IMG/VR virus record: IMGVR_UViG_3300020042_008991
Location: 1-28,789 of that record
Length of the DNA: 28,789 nucleotides
Reading direction: 5' to 3' (one strand)
Origin: a virus
Lineage: Duplodnaviria; Caudoviricetes
The notes under the pieces: generated by a model
The model's database searches: none
What the model saw: only the letters and a program-made list of their open reading frames with translations
Told to the model about the DNA's origin: nothing
Shown here: piece by piece, positions 26,375 to 28,789 of the stretch
Position numbering within the stretch: the first letter of the stretch is position 1
Layout: each line of letters starts with the position of its first letter
Program-made: the position numbers and the translations under genes

Positions 26375-26818
26375 ATGAAAAACCCATTAGACCAATTCCG
26401 TAGCTCATTGTTCGGAACACGTGGATGTGATATTGCATTAGCTTTGCAATATGTTGATGAACTAGCAAGCGCGAGCAGTGATGCAGTAGCAGTTCAAACG
26501 GCAGCGCGAGTACTGCTTAACACTTGCGCGAATGCAGTCGCACAAGTAGTTGATGCACCCAGTCCCGAGAAGCTTGCATTGATCGAGCTAATCGATCACC
26601 GGATCAGTGAGAGTAAGCTGATCCGTGAAGATGATATTGAAAGCAAAATACAAGATTGGATCGAGAGTAACTTAGACCTCAGCGATCCAATCAATGATTG
26701 GTTTTCTAATAACTTTGATTTATCGGATCACAATATAGGTGATGCAATTGGTGACTGGATGTCCGATAACCTAGAAGACAAAATAAATGATTTAGAGTTA
26801 GTGGTTAAAGTTAGATAA
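26375..26818 (+). CDS. Acidic protein with C-terminal IxDW..N repeats
   Basis: AGAAAGGATAGAG box; IQDWIESNLDLSD, INDWFSNNFDLSD, IGDWMSDNLED. Confidence 0.75.
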   Translation: MKNPLDQFRSSLFGTRGCDIALALQYVDELASASSDAVAVQTAARVLLNTCANAVAQVVDAPSPEKLALIELIDHRISESKLIREDDIESKIQDWIESNLDLSDPINDWFSNNFDLSDHNIGDAIGDWMSDNLEDKINDLELVVKVR

Positions 26819-26831
26819 TTGATGTATAATG

Positions 26832-26863
26832 AAACCCTCTGGACAAAATCCAGAGGGTTTTTT
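26832..26863 (+). terminator. Intrinsic terminator-like hairpin
   Basis: AAACCCTCTGGA-CAAAA-TCCAGAGGGTTT followed by TTT. Confidence 0.7.
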
Positions 26864-26883
26864 AATTTAGAAAGGATAGAGAA

Positions 26884-27345
26884 ATGAAACGTAAAGTAAA
26901 TCCATTGATCCAAGCGATCAATAAATCAATTGAGTCTTCCAAGTACGAAGGCCACGCTTTGATCACCAGAGCAAAGCGCCTCGAAGAGCAACGCATGATT
27001 ATTCGTGCGAAGTATCAAGAGGGTTTTAAAAACCTGAGCGAGAGTGCTATCAGTACTCTCTACATTACCAACAACTACAAGCCAACAATCCACTTGACAC
27101 TGAACGAGCTGGATGGCTTCAAGGACCCACAACTCATCCAGCTGTTGGAGTACTTCATGCAGTACACCGACAAGATCGAAGAGCGCGAGTGGGCCGCCTA
27201 CCTCAACAAAGACTACAACATTACTTGTGATGATGTGAACATAAGCATTAGCGCTTATGTTCGCGATGGATCACCAACATGTCGCAAAGTAGCAGTGGGC
27301 ACGAAGCTGGAAGAGATCACCACTTACAAGATCGTGTGCGACTGA
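26884..27345 (+). CDS. Hypothetical protein
   Basis: AGAAAGGATAGAG box; C-terminal TCRKVAVG..YKIVCD. Confidence 0.75.
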   Translation: MKRKVNPLIQAINKSIESSKYEGHALITRAKRLEEQRMIIRAKYQEGFKNLSESAISTLYITNNYKPTIHLTLNELDGFKDPQLIQLLEYFMQYTDKIEEREWAAYLNKDYNITCDDVNISISAYVRDGSPTCRKVAVGTKLEEITTYKIVCD

Positions 27346-27363
27346 TCCGGTCCGTTCACTGAC

Positions 27364-27395
27364 AAGGCCGTCCAGTTGGACGGCCTTTTTTATTT
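27364..27395 (+). terminator. Intrinsic terminator ending the island
   Basis: AAGGCCGTCC-AGTT-GGACGGCCTT followed by TTTTATTT. Confidence 0.85.
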
Positions 27396-27402
27396 CCCTA
27401 TA

Positions 27403-27429
27403 GGTGGTGGCGGGGGTGGGTGGGCCCGC
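27403..27429 (+). repeat. 27-bp G-rich element, copy 2
   Basis: Exact copy. Confidence 0.95.
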
Positions 27430-27507
27430 GACTGTTGTATGTACGAACACTCTCCCGATTACAAACACCAGGTCGCACTGCAGCCTACTCAGGAAAAAAC
27501 CTATATG

Positions 27508-27520
27508 AATCAACCACTTA
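27508..27520 (+). promoter_or_regulatory. IHF consensus site
   Basis: AATCAACCACTTA matches WATCAANNNNTTR, with an upstream A tract. Confidence 0.55.
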
Positions 27521-27608
27521 CAGCATTGTAGGCAAAGTTAATCAACACTGGCTGGGTGATAGGAAGAAATGACTTGACATCCCGAATTGGAAATGTTTCT
27601 CCCTTAAT

Positions 27609-27635
27609 GGTGGTGGCGGGGGTGGGTGGGCCCGC
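27609..27635 (+). repeat. 27-bp G-rich element, copy 3
   Basis: Exact copy. Confidence 0.95.
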
Positions 27636-27806
27636 CGGATACCTTGATACTGTCTGTTTGCTTTGCTTTCTTTAGGGGGGAGGGCCATTTTTGTACCCGT
27701 CAGCGCAAGCGCAGGCCTATGCCCTGTTTTAGACAAACGAAATACATATAAATACTTAGTGGCCAATCCAGAAAGGGCCCCCCTTGTTTTTAAAAGGCCA
27801 TGGGGG

Positions 27807-27815
27807 TGTTAATAT
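27807..27815 (+). promoter_or_regulatory. Possible extended -10 promoter for terL
   Basis: TG-T-TAATAT about 30 nt before the start; no good -35. Confidence 0.3.
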
Positions 27816-27845
27816 ATAAAAAATTCAGAACCTGAAGGTCTGCCC

Positions 27846-28789
27846 GTGAACAACACGCCTGATGACATTGCCGAAGAACAACTACGTTTGGAGCTACGCC
27901 TCCAGCTCCTTGAAGCGCACGAACGTGCCACAACTAAATTTGTAGACTTCTGCCAATACGTTTGGCCCGAAATGATTGTTGGGGAGCACCACCGTATCAT
28001 TGCGGACAAGTTTGACCGAGTCATTTCTGGCGAATGCAAACGCTTGATCATCGCCATGCCCCCGCGCCATGGCAAGTCGCAAATGGGCAGCTATCTGTTC
28101 CCCGCCTATCTGATGGGAAGGTTGCCCCAGTCCAAACTAATCGTCGGTTCACACACTGCTGAACTTGCACAACGCTTCGGCCGGATGATCCGTAACCTTG
28201 TTGAAGACGACAAATACAAGGAGCTCTTCCCAAGCGTGGCCCTTTCTGCTGACTCCAAGGCCGCTGGACGTTGGAACACGAACAAAGGCGGGGAAGCGTT
28301 CTTTATCGGTAAAGGCGGTGCGATGACGGGCCGAGGTGGTGACATTATTGTGCTGGACGACATCTTGGACGAACAGGATGCAATCTCTGACACTGCGATG
28401 GAGAACACGTGGGAATGGTATGAGTCCGGTCCTCGTCAGCGTTTACAGCCGGGCGGAGCCATCATCTTGATCAACACCCGTTGGAAAACGGACGACGTAG
28501 CAGGACGTCTGTTGAAGATGCAGAGCAATCTGAAGGCCGACCAGTGGGAAGTCTTAGAGTTCCCAGCTATTTTACCTAGTGGTAAACCCCTATGGCCAGC
28601 ATATTGGAAGCTCGAGGAGTTAGAGAAGGTCAAGTTCTCTATTGGCTTAAAGAAGTGGAACGCCCAGTGGCAACAACAGCCAACGAATGATGAGGGCGCA
28701 ATCCTCAAACGTAACTGGTGGCGCAAGTGGAAATACGATGATCCTCCTGCCTGTGAATACATCATCCAGTGCTATGACACGGCATACTC
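27846..28789 (+). CDS. terL: Terminase large subunit, 3'-truncated by the window edge (not in ORF track)
   Basis: GTG after GAAGGT; hand translation gives RLIIAMPPRHGKS (Walker A), TGRGGDIIVLDD (Walker B), INTRW, WNAQWQQQP and QCYDTAY (start of nuclease domain). Confidence 0.95.
   Translation, partial: MNNTPDDIAEEQLRLELRLQLLEAHERATTKFVDFCQYVWPEMIVGEHHRIIADKFDRVISGECKRLIIAMPPRHGKSQMGSYLFPAYLMGRLPQSKLIVGSHTAELAQRFGRMIRNLVEDDKYKELFPSVALSADSKAAGRWNTNKGGEAFFIGKGGAMTGRGGDIIVLDDILDEQDAISDTAMENTWEWYESGPRQRLQPGGAIILINTRWKTDDVAGRLLKMQSNLKADQWEVLEFPAILPSGKPLWPAYWKLEELEKVKFSIGLKKWNAQWQQQPTNDEGAILKRNWWRKWKYDDPPACEYIIQCYDTAY

Larger units (their letters stand above)
1..28789. mobile_element. Tailed dsDNA phage genome segment (podovirus-like); no integrase, att site or host gene seen
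   Basis: TerL, TerS, PolA, AEP primase, two helicases, probable virion proteins and dense overlapping small ORFs. Confidence 0.95.

Noticed and set aside
27574-27602. TTGACA as a promoter
   Set aside because: No credible -10 at 16-18 nt spacing
25742-27635. CRISPR array interpretation of the 27-bp repeats
   Set aside because: Gaps of about 1.6 kb and 180 bp are irregular and far too long for spacers; no cas genes
27542-28765. Minus-strand ORFs at the right end, including the poly-Pro ORF 27542-27766
   Set aside because: Shadows of terL; HPPPPPP is only the reverse translation of the G-rich repeat (likewise 25609-25842)
1-28789. tRNA, rRNA, introns, inteins, integrase, lysis cassette, alternative genetic code
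   Set aside because: None recognised by eye; polA, helicases and terL read uninterrupted in the standard code. A tRNAscan/Infernal run would be needed to exclude RNAs formally

Overview
The whole window is part of a tailed dsDNA phage (Caudoviricetes) genome, probably podovirus-like. A freshwater/betaproteobacterial host is only a weak inference from the small-gene families. Left to right: two large probable internal-virion proteins and a ferritin-like small protein (+); PD-(D/E)XK exonuclease and SNF2 helicase (-); a divergent promoter; a replication operon (+) with SSB-like protein, AEP primase, UvrD helicase and family A DNA polymerase (Leu762 type); about 20 small translationally coupled genes (-); an AT-rich, inverted-repeat-rich putative origin; TerS and a nuclease; a 5-kb island of probable early genes; and the 5' part of TerL, which the ORF track misses. 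The most unusual signals are non-coding and lie in the TerS-TerL island. They are three (possibly four) sigma70 promoters with an identically spaced CTATCG-N12-CGATAG palindrome, three exact copies of a 27-bp G-rich element, a perfect IHF consensus centred between two of those copies, a GATC-dense segment between copies 1 and 2, and a shared 13-nt translation-initiation box. Two proteins also stand out: an apparently segment-transposed Cys-rich DUF7227-like protein and a small Csx20/CARF-like protein. All family calls come from motif recognition by eye; no database searches were run, and counts are manual.
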